Assembly: GCA_030390025.1 (NCBI GenBank) | Contig: CM059431.1 | Coordinates: forward strand, 132,806,001 to 132,870,000 | DNA length: 64,000 bases | Direction of reading: 5' to 3' | Source: Squalus acanthias | Taxonomy: Eukaryota | In this document: piece after piece, positions 11,898-24,574 of the stretch | Position numbering within the stretch: position 1 is the first letter of the stretch | How the letters are laid out: each line of letters starts with the position of its first letter | The notes under the pieces: model-generated | The model's input: the letters and a program-made list of their open reading frames with translations, nothing else | Told to the model about the DNA's origin: nothing | The model's database searches: none | Position numbers and translations under genes: made by a program

Positions 11898-12362
11898 GCT
11901 TGGCAGCAAAATGGATTACAGGTCTCTCCAGGCTGAGATTCAAGGCTGCAATGAGCAGGGTGTGGCTGGGGAGCAAGTGGCCCCCCCCGCTTTAAGAAGT
12001 GTCCGGCGCCAGTGTGTCTGTGTTCCATCGCTAACTGGCAGCAGCTGCGCTGCGCTCGTGCGCTGAGTTAGCGCCTCACTCCTAGGCCTTTGCGCCTTAA
12101 GAGAGGTGTGCAGCGCCTAATTTAGCGCTCCACTCACCTCCCGGGGCGGTAAAAGTGAAGTTTCCTGTCAGTGCCGATAATTAGCGCCAGGCGCTAATAT
12201 TTGCGCGCGGACGATATTTGCGCCCCAAATGGGGCGCGACCTAATTTCTACCCCTAATGCTTTAGACTACACGCAAAATTCGTGCTCGCTGCTCAAGAAA
12301 ATGATTAGAGTCCTAATTCAAGTCTTAAAGCCCAAGCTCATTGGCGTTACACTCAAAGGGTG

Positions 12363-12507
12363 CACGCTCGAGGCATTCTACGACCGGTGGGCACCGGAGG
12401 GACTGGAGTGCATCATCACCCCCAGCAACAACATTTTTATTTAAGTTGTTAAGTTTCCTTTAATGTGTTTTTGTTAAGTTACAGTTTTATTGTTTAAACC
12501 AGAAAAG
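12363..12507 (+). mobile_element. 5'-truncated Tx1/L1-clade LINE 3' end
   Basis: Perfect 15-bp TSD TACACTCAAAGGGTG (12348-12362, 12508-12522). Encodes TLEAFYDRWAPEGLECII...*, resembling a Tx1 ORF2 C-terminus. T-rich 3' UTR. Confidence 0.7.
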
Positions 12508-12709
12508 TACACTCAAAGGGTGGACCAATATCAGGTGCAGTCTAATCGCAAGTCATGATTGCCACAGACTTTTCTCAGTACTTCAAGGGGGGGTTCATTG
12601 ATGCTGCAGCACCTCATTCTCAGCATCGCTGGCTGTGCAGCTGCCTCAGCAAGCAGAAGCAGAAGCAAGACAAGGAGCCAAGGACTGAGCCGGAGGACTG
12701 AACCAGGTG

Positions 12710-14304
12710 TACTCATCCACACCCCAGAGAGAGAGAGCCTGCAGATTCTGCGTTGAAGCATTGGGGGCATTGTTTCTTGCTGTGGAGAGATGAAAGGCAG
12801 TGCTCTACCCGGCAAGGGGCAGGAAGCCCTCGCCACAAGTCTTCCGCACCATGTGGAGGGAGGTAGCACAGCACGTCTTGGGCGGAACTGTGGTGCCCAG
12901 AACCCACACACAGTGCAGGAAGAAATTTAACGACCTCACTTGGGTGGTCAGGGTGATTGAATGCTTCAACAAATGCTACATACCACCATCTGAACCATAG
13001 TCTGCACACACTGCCCAAAGCACCACACCCCCAGCGCTCACCCATCAACAATCTCTACCTAGCAACACTCACACCCACATCTCACACCTTGCACACAATG
13101 ACAGCTATTCAACTATGACAGGCACATCACCCAAACACATTGCTCCACACTCGCTCACACACTTTCCTTTCTCTAGCAGGCCGAGGTGGCTCACAACAGG
13201 AGGGAGCAGGAGCGCACAGGCGGGGGACAAGCTCACACCCAACCACTGTCTGTGCTGGAGAATAGTGCTGCAAATCATTGGGCGCCAGGTGGTGGGTGCC
13301 GTGGCCACCGGCGAAGTTGACCCTTTTTGGGGACAACAACGGTATGTTCATCCCGACTCCTTCCTCTCACATCCCACTTCTCCCTCACCCCACAAGTGTT
13401 TCGCGCTTTCCAGCTAATCATGCTGTCTCCATGCATTTCTCCCTTCCTGCCCCCCTCCCCTCACCTTAACTCGACTCTTGTGCCTTTGTGCTTTCAGATA
13501 ATCAGCAAGCACCTGAGTAGCCTGTCCCTGAGGGCACCGTAGAGAGCGAGACGGGGGAAGAGAAGGAGGAAGAACACACATGTCTCACCCACAGGCACCA
13601 GCTCAGATACTGGCACTATGCATTTAGAGGCTAGTATATTAGCGGGATCTGCACAGGGTGAGGCACTGGGGACAAGTGGGCTGCAGCAAGGCCAGGGGGA
13701 AAGTGTAGCTCGGGGGACAGCTCCCCGGAGGACGAGTTCGCGTGCGGGTTCTGCTGCACAGGACTCAGATGAGACCTCGGTGGGGAGGCGTTTAGAAGAA
13801 GGGTGATGGGCATACACACGGAGACGATAGATGCAATGGCAAGGGTGCCCGACAGCCTCTCGGTAATGATAAGGAGCATGGAGGAGTCCGCCTCCAACAT
13901 TGCACAAGGCTCTGCGCACATCATGGAGCCCATCATTTCCAGTCTGCAAAGGATGGTGGACTCCCAGAGAGACCATGGCGACCCAGACCAGATGTCACAT
14001 ATGATGGGCGATCTGGTAGCTTCCATTGCAGCACAGGTGGAAGCGACACAATGTCTTAGTGCTGTAATGCAGTCTATGCTTGGTGGCATCCAGTCTCAGA
14101 CTGCTCTCATGCAGTCTCACCTTGATGCCACGCAAGCTCTGACTGCTGCCATTGTGGCTGGCTCTACCACCATCGACCGGGGCTTTCACGGTGTTGCAGC
14201 AGGCCAGCAATCTGTGCTCTAACAGATTGCTAGGGATGCTGAGGTGCTGCCCTGGTGGTGTGGCAGTGGGTCAGTGTAGCAGGAACCTGCTGTCCTCTCT
14301 CAAG
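12710..14304 (+). pseudogene. Myb/SANT-like pseudogene (C)
   Basis: MWREVAQ...RTHTQCRKKFNDL motif. Exon 2 is 13180-13341 and exon 3 starts at 13498. Stops and frameshifts are present. Confidence 0.8.
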
Positions 14305-17300
14305 ATGGCCCCTCGAGCCTGCTCTGCCATTCAATAAGATCATGGATAATCTTCTACCTCCACTCCACTTTCTTGCAATATCCCCATATCCCTTAATTCC
14401 ATTAATATCCAAAAATCTATCGCTCTCTGTCTTGAATATATTCAACAACTGAGCCTCCACAGCCCTCTGGGGTAGAGAATTCCAAAGATTCACCACCCTC
14501 TGAGTGAAGAAATTTCTCCTCAGCTCAGTCCTAAATGGCCGACCCCTTCTTCTGAGACTGTGATCCCCCGGTTCTAGACTCCCCAGCCAGGGGAAACATC
14601 CTCCCTGCATATATCCTGTCAAGCCCTGTAAGAATTTTGTATGTTTCAATGAGATCACCTCTCATTCTTCTAAATTCTAGAGAATATAGACCTAGTCTAC
14701 TCAATCTCTCCTCATAGGACAATCCCCCATCCCAGGAATCAGTCTGGTGAACCTTCTTTGCACTCCCTCTAAGGCAAGTATATCCTTCCGTAGGTAAGAA
14801 GACCAAAACTGTACACAATACACCAGGTGTGGTCTCACCAGGGCCCTATATAATGGCAGTAAGATGTCTTTACTCTTATACTCAAATCCTCTTGTAATAA
14901 AGGCCAACATACCATTTGCTTTCCTAATTCCTGATTGTTAACTTTCAGTGATTCGTGTACAAGGACACCCAGGTCCCTCTGAACACCAACATTTCCCAAT
15001 TTCTCACCTTTTAAAAAATACTCTGCTTTTCTATTTTTCCTACTAAAGTGGATAATTTCACATTTCTCCATATTATATTCCATTTGCCATGTTCTTGACC
15101 ACTCACTTAGCCTGTCTATATCCCCTTGAAGCCTCTTTGCATCCTCCTCACAACTTACATTCCCACCCAGCTTGGTATCATCAGCAAACTTGGATATATT
15201 ACAATTGGTCCCCTGATCCAAATCGTTGATATAGATTGTGAATAGCTGTGGCCCAATCACTGAACCTTGCGGTACCCCACTAGTTACAGCCTGCCAATCT
15301 GAAAATGACCCGTTTATTCCTACTCTCTGTTTTCTGTCCGTTAACCAAGCCTCAATCCATGCTAGTATATTACCCCCAATCCCATGAACCCTAATTTTGT
15401 TTAATAACCTCTTCTGTGGCCCTTTATCGAATGCCTTCTGAAAATCCAAATACACCACATCCACTGGTTCTCCCTTATCTATTCTGCTAGTTACAACCTC
15501 AAAAAACTCTAACAGATTCGTCAAACACGATTTCCCTTTCATAAATCCGTGTTGACTCTTCCCAATTCTATTATAATTTTCTAAGTGCCCTGTTACCACA
15601 TCTTTAATAATAGATTCTTGCATTTTCCCTACTACTGATGTCAGGCTAACTGGTCTGTAGTTCCCCATTTTCTCTCTCCCTCCTTTCTTAAATAGTGGGG
15701 TTACATTTGCTACTTTCCAATCCATGGGAACCATTCTAGAATCTATGGAATTTTGACAACCAATGCATCCACTATCATTATAGCCACCTCTTTCAAAACC
15801 CTAGAATGTAGGCCATCAGATCCAGGTGTTTTATCAGCTTTCAGTCCCATTAATTTCTCCAGTACTATTTTTTTACTAATACTAATTTCTTTCAGTTCCT
15901 CATTCTCGCTAGAGCCTTGGTTCTCTACTATTCCTGGGAAGTTTTTTGCGCCTTCTTCTGTGAAGACAGACACAAAGTATTTGTTTAATTTCACTGCCAT
16001 TTCCTTATTCCCCATTATAATTTCTCCTGTCTCAGCCTGTAAGGGACCCACATTTACTTTTGCTAATCTTTTCCTTTTTACATACCTATAGAAGCTTTTA
16101 CAGTCTGTTTTTATGTCTCTCGCTAGTTTACTCTCATATTCTATTTTCCCTTTCTTTATCAATTTCTTGGTCCTCCTTTGCTGAATCCTAAAATCCTCCC
16201 AATTCTCAGGGTTATGACTCTTTTTGGCAACATTATAAGCCTCTTCCTTTCATCTAATATTATTTTTAACTTCTCTTGTTAGCCACGGTTGGACCATTTT
16301 TCCTGTGGGGTTTTTGTACCTTAAAGGAATGTGTATTTGTTGTAAATTATGTATTAATTCTTTAAATGCTAGCCATTTCTTCTCTACCATCATACCTTTT
16401 AATGTAGTTTCCCAATCTACCTTAGCCAACTCGCCCCTTATACCTATATAGTTTGCTTTGTTTAAATTTAAGACTCTAGCTTCGGATTTAACTAAATCAC
16501 TTTCAAACTTAATATAAAATTCTATCATATAAAAGGCCCCTTTACTACAAGGTTATTAATCAACCTTTTCTCGTTGCACAATACTAGATCTAAAATAGCC
16601 TGTTCCCTAGTTGGTTCCTCAGCATACTGATCTGGAAAACTATCTTGCATATATTCCATGAATTCGTCCTTCTATTACTGCCAATTTGGTTTGCCCAGTC
16701 TATATGTAGATTAAAGTCCCCCATGATTATTGTATTACCCTTGTTGCATGGGCCTTTAATTTCCTGATTTATACTCTGCCCTACATTACTGTTTGGGGGC
16801 CCATAAACAACTCCCACCAATGTTTTCTGCCCCTTTTATTTCTTAGCTCCACCCAAACTGATTCTACTTCTTGATTTTTCGGAGCTAAGATCCTTTCTCT
16901 CTACTGTTTTTATCCCATCCTTTATTATCAGGGCTACTCCTCCTCCTTTTCCATTTTACCTATCTCTTCTAAAAGTTAAGTATCTTGGAATATTTAGTTC
17001 CCAACCTTGGCCATATTGTAACCACGTCTCTGCAATGGCTATTAGATCAAACCTATTAATTTTTACCTGCACTATTAATTCATCTATTTTGTTGCAAATG
17101 CTTCACGCATTCAGATACAGTGCCTTTACCTTTGACTTATTTCTATTTTTCCCTGATGTCATCTTAGTCACTGGTGCCGTATTACCTTGGTTACTCTCTC
17201 TGTCCCTTCCTGACCCACTCTGCTAAATTTTACCCAAAACTCTACTCTGCTCTAGAGCCTTGGCATTTCTCTCGCTGCTTTTAAATTTACTCTTTCCTGA

Positions 17301-18500
17301 ATCCTCCCACCCCCCCCTTCATTAGTTTAAAGCCCTGTCTACTGCCCTAGTTATTCGGTTCGCCAGGACACTGGTCCCAGCCCGGTTTAAGTGGAGCCCG
17401 TCCCAACGGAACAGCTCCCTCTTTCCCCAGTACTGGTACCAGTGCCCCATGAACTGAAACCCCTTCCTCCCACACCACTCTTTGAGCCACGCATTTAAAC
17501 CTCTAATCTGTCTGTCCCTATGCCAATTTGCGCGTGGCTCAGGTAACAATCCAGAGATTATTACCTTTGAGGTTATGCTTTTTAATTTGGATCCTAGCTC
17601 CTCAAACTCCTTCAGCAGAACCTCATTCCTAGTTCTACCTATGTCGTTGGTTTCTACGTGGACCATGACAACTGGATCCTCCCCCTCCCACTCCAAGTTC
17701 TCATCCAGCCATGAGGAGATGTCTTTAACCCTGGCACCGGGCAGGCAACACAACCTTCGGAACTCTCGGTCGCGGCTGCAGAGAACAGTATCTATCCCCC
17801 TGACTATACTGTCCCCTATCACAACTACATTCCCTTTCACTCCCCCCACTTGAAAGCCCTCCTGCGCCATGGTGCCATGGTCAGCTTGCTCATCCATCCT
17901 GCAGGCTTTTCCCTCATCCACACAGGCAGCAAGAACCTCATACCTGTTGGACAAGGGCAAAGGCTGAGGCTCCTCCAGCACTGCACCTGGATTCCCCTTA
18001 CCTGCCTGATTTGCAGTCACACCCTCCTGTCCCTGACCACTAACCAGACCTGTACCACTACCTAACCTAAGGGGTGTGACTGCCTCCTGGATCAAAGTGT
18101 CCAGGTAACTCTCCCCATCCCTGATGCCCCGCAATGTCTGCACCTCAGACTCCAGCTCAAAAACTCAGAGCTGATGTTCCTCAAGATGCAGGCACTTACT
18201 GCAAACGTGGTTGTCCGGGATCACAAAGCTCTCCACAAACTCCCACAAGCTGCAGTTGCGGCACACCACCTGCACTGCCATCCCTATATGACCTTGTTTT
18301 ATTTAATTAAATTTAATTAAATTTGTAACTAGGTAACTTAGTTTACAGTGTAGTTTCTTGACTACTTACTTGATCTAGATTAATTTATGGGTACTGAAAT
18401 TAAATATCGACCTGTAACACAAAGCACTACAAGTAGTGGAGGCAGAAAGCAGCAACTCCTTCCCCCTTTTCTCCGAATTCCCACTCTTTCCAAATTCCCA
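14305..18500 (-). mobile_element. Near full-length CR1 LINE (HER1-like), decayed
   Basis: ORF1 with zinc finger and esterase, followed by ORF2 APE-RT fragments ([23 protein letters not shown]). The extreme 3' tail is missing. Confidence 0.9.
17322..18281 (-). pseudogene. CR1 ORF1 (CxxC..CxxC zinc finger plus SGNH esterase)
   Basis: MAVQVVCRNC...CSKC, then GDSIVR, PGA, TND and DGLH motifs. One internal stop near 18166. Confidence 0.85.
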
Positions 18501-18769
18501 AATAAAACACTCTGTTTAAGTCCACTCCGCTTTAATCCTGCTCTGTGCAGAGTAGGCAAAGGCACAGTAACAAGAGGCACTAAGGGATTGCACAATGGTG
18601 AATAGTTAATATTTTTGGTGTAAATATGTGTTCACTGATTTTTGATAAAGTTATTAATTCAGTTTGGATTCTTTTGTGGTGTGTCTCATTTCAGCTTTGC
18701 GCTGTGATATGGCCTGCGACAGGGATGGAATGATGGGGATGTGGTGAGCAACGGGGATTTGGGGTTTAA

Positions 18770-19914
18770 TTAATTCAAACCAGTCTGATGAGGCGATCAC
18801 GGACCGCCCTTCCGGAAGGCCAATTGAGTGGCTGCCTCCTCCCTCGGTCCTCGTTCTCCTCCTCTCCCTCTTCCTCCTCCTGAGGTGGTCCTGCAATCCC
18901 TGGTGGCAAGGGCTGGGCCCTCATGATGGCCAAGTTGTGGAGCATGCAGCAGACCACCACGAAATGGGACACCCGCTCAGCCGAGTACTGGAGGGCTCCT
19001 CCCAAGCGGTCAAGGCAGCTGAACCGTTGCTTCAGCAGGCCGATGGTCTGCTCGATGATGTTCCTGGTGGCAGCATGGCTCTCATTATATGAGTGCTAGG
19101 CACGAGTGGTGGGGATGTGAAGGGGAGTCATGAGCCAGATGAAGAGCAGATAGCCCTTGTCTCCGAGCAGCCAGCCACGAACTTGATGTGGTGGCTGGAA
19201 GAGTGCTGGCACACCAGCCTGGCACAGGATGAAGGCATCATGGCTGCTGCCAGGATAGCGGGCATTGACATTGAGGTTTCGCTGTCTGTGGTCACACACC
19301 AACTGCACATTAAGTAGTGGTAGGCTTTGCGGTTAAGGAAGATCTCAGGATTGTTCTGCGGTGCCCACAAAGCCATATGGTACAGTCAATGGTTCTCTGC
19401 ACCATGGGGAATCCCACTATCCTGGCAAAGCCACATGCATGCTCATCCTGCTTCTCTCTGGTGATGGGGAAGGAAATCTAGTCCCTTCTTCTACTGTAGA
19501 GAGCCTCTGTGACCTCCTGGATGCAGCGATGGACAGTGAACTGCGAGATGTTAGCTATGTCTCCTGTTGTAGACTGGAAGGCTCCGCTAACGAACAAATT
19601 GAGGGCGACGATGACCTTGACTGCCACTGGGAGAGCTGTGGTCACCCTGGTCTGAGGCTGGAGGTCTGGTTGCAGGAAGTGGCAGAGTTCTGTGACCACC
19701 TCCTTGATGAAGCGGAGCCTTCTAATACACTGCTCCTCACTTAATTGGAGGTAGGAGAAGCGCTCTTGGAATACCCTCGGAGGGTAAGACCGCCTGTTGA
19801 AAGCCCTGATGCCCTCCTCCTCCCTCTGGCCACATGTTCCAATCTTTCTCGCTGCCTCCGCTCCCTCCGCCGTAGATCCTGGAGGGCGAGGTCGACTGCC
19901 AGTACAGCCCCCAT
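18770..19914 (-). pseudogene. Harbinger transposase pseudogene (C)
   Basis: Fragments 19478-19984, 19096-19308 (LLGDKGY) and 18775-19005 are homologous to 8424-9584. Confidence 0.9.
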
Positions 19915-20577
19915 TAATGTAACCAAGTGTAGCAGTTTGATTCTTTGAAGAAGAAATGTAACTAATTTTTAGTTGCCACAACACTCCCGATACAAAAGAA
20001 CCTTGAATTTACAAACTGACAAGAAACCACAGAAACTGCACTAACCTGACAGCTGCGAGTCATTACTGGTGATCCCTTTAAATAACGTCCCTGGAGCCGG
20101 CTTCCTGTTGCTTTGCGCCAGCTCTCCCTGTCGGTGTTTACTCCAGGCGCTAAGGTAGGTGGCGACAATCAATTTAGCAGATCGGGCGATCAGTGAGTGT
20201 TGCACACTCACTGATGTCACGATCCACCTGATGTTGATGTTCCCGGCGATAACGCTTACCCCCGGCACTACGGGGGGGGGGGGGCGCGGGATTTGGCGTG
20301 CGCCGCTGGATTCGCCTCGCCCCGGTGATACTGGTCTAGTGCCCCCGTTAGCGCCATCTGCTGGCACTAATGGGAGGTGCCACGGGGACAAATTTTTCCC
20401 CCTTGGAGTCCACGTACCTCAGAATCTACTGCATATCTTGATATACCAATATCATGACATAATTCAATGTCATTGTTGTACTTAGTTACTAACCCAAGTA
20501 CAATTGCTCATTTTGACCCGAATTGTGTGCCAGTATGAAATATTAATTTTGTCTAAAACCAAATGCTCCTGTATAAG

Positions 20578-21028
20578 AGACTCGCATTCCTATAGCACCT
20601 TTCACGACGTCCCAAAGCACTTTACAGCCAATGAAGTACTTTTGAAGTGTAGTCATTGTTGTAATGTGGGAAACACGCCAGCCAATTTGCGCACAGCAAG
20701 CTCCCATAAACAGCAATGTGATAATGACCAGATAATTTGTTTTTTAGTGATGTTGATTGAGGGATAAATATTGGCCAGGACACCGGGGATAACTCTCCTG
20801 CTCTTCTTCAAAATAGTGCCGTGGGATCTTTTACGTCCACCTGAGAGAGCAGGTGGGGCCTCGGTTTAACGTCTCATCCAAAAGTCAGCACCTCTGACAG
20901 TGCAGCACTCCCTCAGCACTGCACTGGAGTGTGTGTCTAGATTTTTGTGCTTAAGCCTCTGGAGTGGGACAATGAACCCACAATCTTCTGACTCAGAGGT
21001 GAGAGTGCTATCAACTGAGCCATGGCTA
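20578..21028 (-). mobile_element. tRNA-derived DeuSINE (SacSINE1-like)
   Basis: A box TGGCTCAGTTG at the 5' end on the minus strand. The body matches 61335-61790 and 21811-22075. The family name is from recall. Confidence 0.75.
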
Positions 21029-21739
21029 ACCCAAATATTAGAGCACATTACTGTTGCCATGCATGCACTAGTATATACACAAAGCATGACATCATGCATT
21101 ACATGTGTGGATCGGCATGTATACGTGATGGTAGCTCCAAGATTTTGAGGAAGAATATTTGTGTAACAAGTCCTGGCTAGTACAGGTGAGGTGCATCAAA
21201 CACCCAAGAAATTGAGTCATGTACAGTAAGTTAATTATAACAGCAGCTAACACCCTCAGCTCAGCCCTTTATTAAACAAAAAAAGACCCACAGATAATTA
21301 TTTATGTATTTTAAAGTACAGCCAGGAAACTGAAGTGCAGAGTCTAGCTTGACAGGACCATAAATTGGAGAATTAGGTGCAGAAGTCAGAGGCCTAAATC
21401 TGGACAATATAATCAATGGCTAGTAGGGCAGGAACACTGCAAATCAGGCTGACTGACCTCCATGCCTGATTCTCTAATCTGTGCTCCCATCAAGCAAGAC
21501 TGCAATTTCAGGGCTTATATTGTACCAATTCCTGGATCTTTTAAAGACTTCAAGTGAAGGTGTAATGCCACTTTTTTCATTCAGAAATGCACATTGATCC
21601 AAAAGTGGCAATATAACTCAACAGACAGATTGGCAATCTAAAGCAAGAGATGTGAAGCTCTCTCCAGTAGTTAGTTTTATGCTGCTTTAAGTTGTAAGTG
21701 ACGTGCAACTCCAACAGTTGTAAAGTCGCATTTTAAAAA

Positions 21740-21810
21740 GTCATTTTTTAAAATCATTCTTGGGATATGGTTGTCGCTAGCAAGGCGAGCATTTATTGCC
21801 CGTCCCTGCG
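21740..21810 (-). mobile_element. LINE-X 3' tail fragment
   Basis: Reverse complement of GGGCAATAAATG...CCTTGC.AGCG...CCCA plus an A-rich tail. Confidence 0.6.
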
Positions 21811-22075
21811 TCAGCTGTGGCTCAGTGGTAGCACTCCCACCTTTGAGTGAGAAGGTTGTGGGCTCAAGTAGGGACTTAAGCATATAATCTAGGCTGCGGT
21901 ACTGAGGAAGTATTGCATTGTCAGAGCTGCTGTCTTTCAGATGTGAGGTTAAACCAAGGCCCTTTTAGGTGGATGTAAAAGCTCCAATGGCACTATTTTG
22001 AAGAAGAATAGGGGAGTTCTCCCTGGTGTCTTGGCCAATACTTACCCGCAACCAACATTATTGACAAAACAGATT
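21811..22075 (+). mobile_element. DeuSINE 5' half; its 3' half is at 37777-37918
   Basis: TGGCTCAGTGG A box. It ends at AAAACAGATT and resumes as ATTATCGGTCATT after Harbinger D. Confidence 0.75.
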
Positions 22076-22080
22076 GGGGG

Positions 22081-22125
22081 ATACTGCCTGGCCTGCTGAG
22101 TTTTTCCAGCGTTTTCTGTTGTTAT
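22081..22125 (+). mobile_element. Penelope-like terminal fragment inserted in the left TIR of D
   Basis: Matches 36839-36880 and is flanked by ATTGGGGG / ATTGAGGG. Confidence 0.55.
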
Positions 22126-22389
22126 ATTGAGGGTTATTTTGGCCAAAGGGTGAAAACAAGCACTAAATAGGTGCTGTGCTGATAAGAAACGCCTGTTTGA
22201 AAGTATGGATTTAGCACACAATTTTCGGGCTAATTGATGACTATCATGATTTAAATGTGCCTTCAGGCGCTGAAATTGACAACTGCTGGTTCAGCACTCA
22301 AGTGCTGATTTGACACAATTTTCCTGGAGCTGTAAATTTAGCCTGCACTCACCCACTTCCACTGTGCGCTGGCTGGGAGAGAAGCCAAC

Positions 22390-24310
22390 ATGGAAGGATG
22401 TAGAGAGAGGGCGCCCAGGTTCTCGGACACGGCACTGGAGGTCCTGCTGGAGGAGGTCCAGAGGAGGAGAGATGTCCTCTACCCACAGGGGGGAAGGACG
22501 CCACAGAGGCAGCTAATGCAGTGCATGTGATAGGAGATCGCCCAGGAGGTGACAGCCAGGAGCCCTGGCCTCAGGACATGGCTCCAGTGTCACAAGAAAT
22601 TGAATAACTTGACACGAGTGGTCATGGTAAGATCCCATCTCACAAACACACTTCTCAATAACCGCACCACCACCACCAGCATCACAACCTCAACATACTT
22701 CATCCACCATCTAACTATACACTGACATTCATACACCCACACTATTGCATCCTTCACTGGCACCACTCACACATCAGGCACATCTTACAGCTCTTCAACC
22801 ATGTGAGGCATCATACAGACGCAAACACACCTATCAATACACTCATTCACAATCACCACTCTTTCTCTTCCAGGACAAGATAGCACATAAAAGGCGGCAA
22901 CAGGACCTGACTGGGGGAGGTCAACCACACCTGCATGATGTCACTCCCCTTGAGGAGGCAGTGCTGGCCGTGATCGGGAGGGGGGTGGGAGACCCCATGG
23001 CTAGAGGCAGAGCAGGGGGCATATCGCCTAGAGGTATGTGGGCACTGCAGCTTCCTTACAGATGCACAACTATTCCTGATCCCTAATCCCCCAAACCTAT
23101 CCTCATTCCCAAGTTACATATGGTCTCATCACACACATCCTCCTATAGTGACCACACGTGCTACACCTTAATCCTTCCAGCTTTATCACTACAGGCTCTC
23201 AGGAGCAAGATCCACCTTCGCTCCCTGGAACAAGTGCAAGACCCCCCCGGAGAAAGAGGAGGAGAGTGAGGAAGAATGCAGTGCGTCAGTGGCTACCACT
23301 GTCGCAGGCAGCAGCTCAGAGACTGGCACCACGTGTAACTTAGAGGCTCGCTTAGAAGAGCGATCCTCACAGTGGGACGTACCAGGCGCTAGTGGGCAGC
23401 AGCCACGCCGGGTGGAAGGGCCACCACAAGTGCCACCTTTCCATGGGACAAGGTCGTATACTAGTTCTGCTGTAGAGGAGTCAGATAAGGACCTCGCAGT
23501 GCCAAGCTTCAGAAGAAGGCTGATGGGTGCGACAAACCAAATGCTTGGTGCAATGGAGAGCCGGCCTAAAAGCCTACGGGTCATGGCTAGAGGGATGGAG
23601 GAGTCCGCCTCCACCTTGGTCTGTGGCTTGACACAGAGCCTGGAGCCCATCCTCACCAGCATGGAGAGGCTGGCCAATTCCAGCCAGCAACCTGTGGAGC
23701 CCAACATCATGCAACATCTGATGACTCAGGTTGTAGCTTCCAATCCAGTCATTGCAGCTTGCATGGAACAACAAAGTGCTGCGTTGGAAGCCCAATCAGC
23801 TTCCATTGCACTACTTGCGTCTCCATGGAATGGCAAAGTGCTGCAATGGAAGCTCAGGCAGCTGCCATGGTGGCTCTGAGCTCTTTGGTTGAAAGGGGCT
23901 TGCAGAGTGTCTCCAATGGCCAGAGATCTGTCCTCCACCAGATTACTGGGCGGGCTGAACAGAGGCCCCGAGGTAGTGGTGTGGGAATCATGGGGTAGGA
24001 ACCTGCTCTCCTCTCTCTGGATGCCAGCATTGCTGCTCCCTCCCTCGCCACTCCATCATTGCCCTTGCCGTTGCCTGTCAGCCAGGCGGTCCAGACTGCT
24101 GAAGCCCATGCTGAGGTGGTGCAGTCTGAGGCGGGGCCAACACGGCCCATTGCCTCTCAGGGCATCCTGGGAGGACATCTAAATTGCCCTCTTCAGATTC
24201 TCAGCAGCCATCCACCTCGCCTGCTGCTGCCACTGGGATTGCACTTTGTAGAAGCTCCAGATTATGTAGAAGCTCTAGATTACGCAATAGCACTCATCGA
24301 TAGCCACTAA
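22390..24310 (+). pseudogene. Myb/SANT-like pseudogene (D)
   Basis: RAPRFSDTALEVLL...RTWLQCHKKLNNL. Exons are 22390-22626, 22874-23033 and ~23195-24310, with stops and frameshifts. Confidence 0.8.
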
Positions 24311-24574
24311 GGGTAAGCACCAGGGTAAATAATTTAATATTTCTAAGTGCTGTTGGTTGTGTCATGTTTCCATTGTTGGATTTTGATGTAGATAAAGGGT
24401 TATGATGGTAATTGGGTATTGGCGGAATTGGTGGTCTTTTTTATTGTGATCTTCATGGGGAAGGAGTTGAAAGGATTGAGTGCAGATGATGGACTGCCTG
24501 ATGGATCCTAAATCGTGGAAGGTACCTCATGTGGCCAACAGTGCACCGGAGTCTGATGGTGGAGCACGTCTATC

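Larger units (their letters stand above)
8194..12254 (+). mobile_element. Harbinger transposon B, apparently intact autonomous element (4061 bp)
   Basis: TIRs GGGCTAGAAATT / AATTTCTACCCC (1 mismatch), perfect TAA TSD (8191-8193, 12255-12257) and two uninterrupted convergent genes. Confidence 0.95.
12265..20402 (-). mobile_element. Harbinger transposon C (decayed, left TIR not found), interrupted by a Tx1-like fragment and a CR1
   Basis: Myb-like pseudogene on + and transposase pseudogene on -. Right end AAATTTTTCCCCC at 20390-20402. Strongly similar to element A. Confidence 0.75.
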
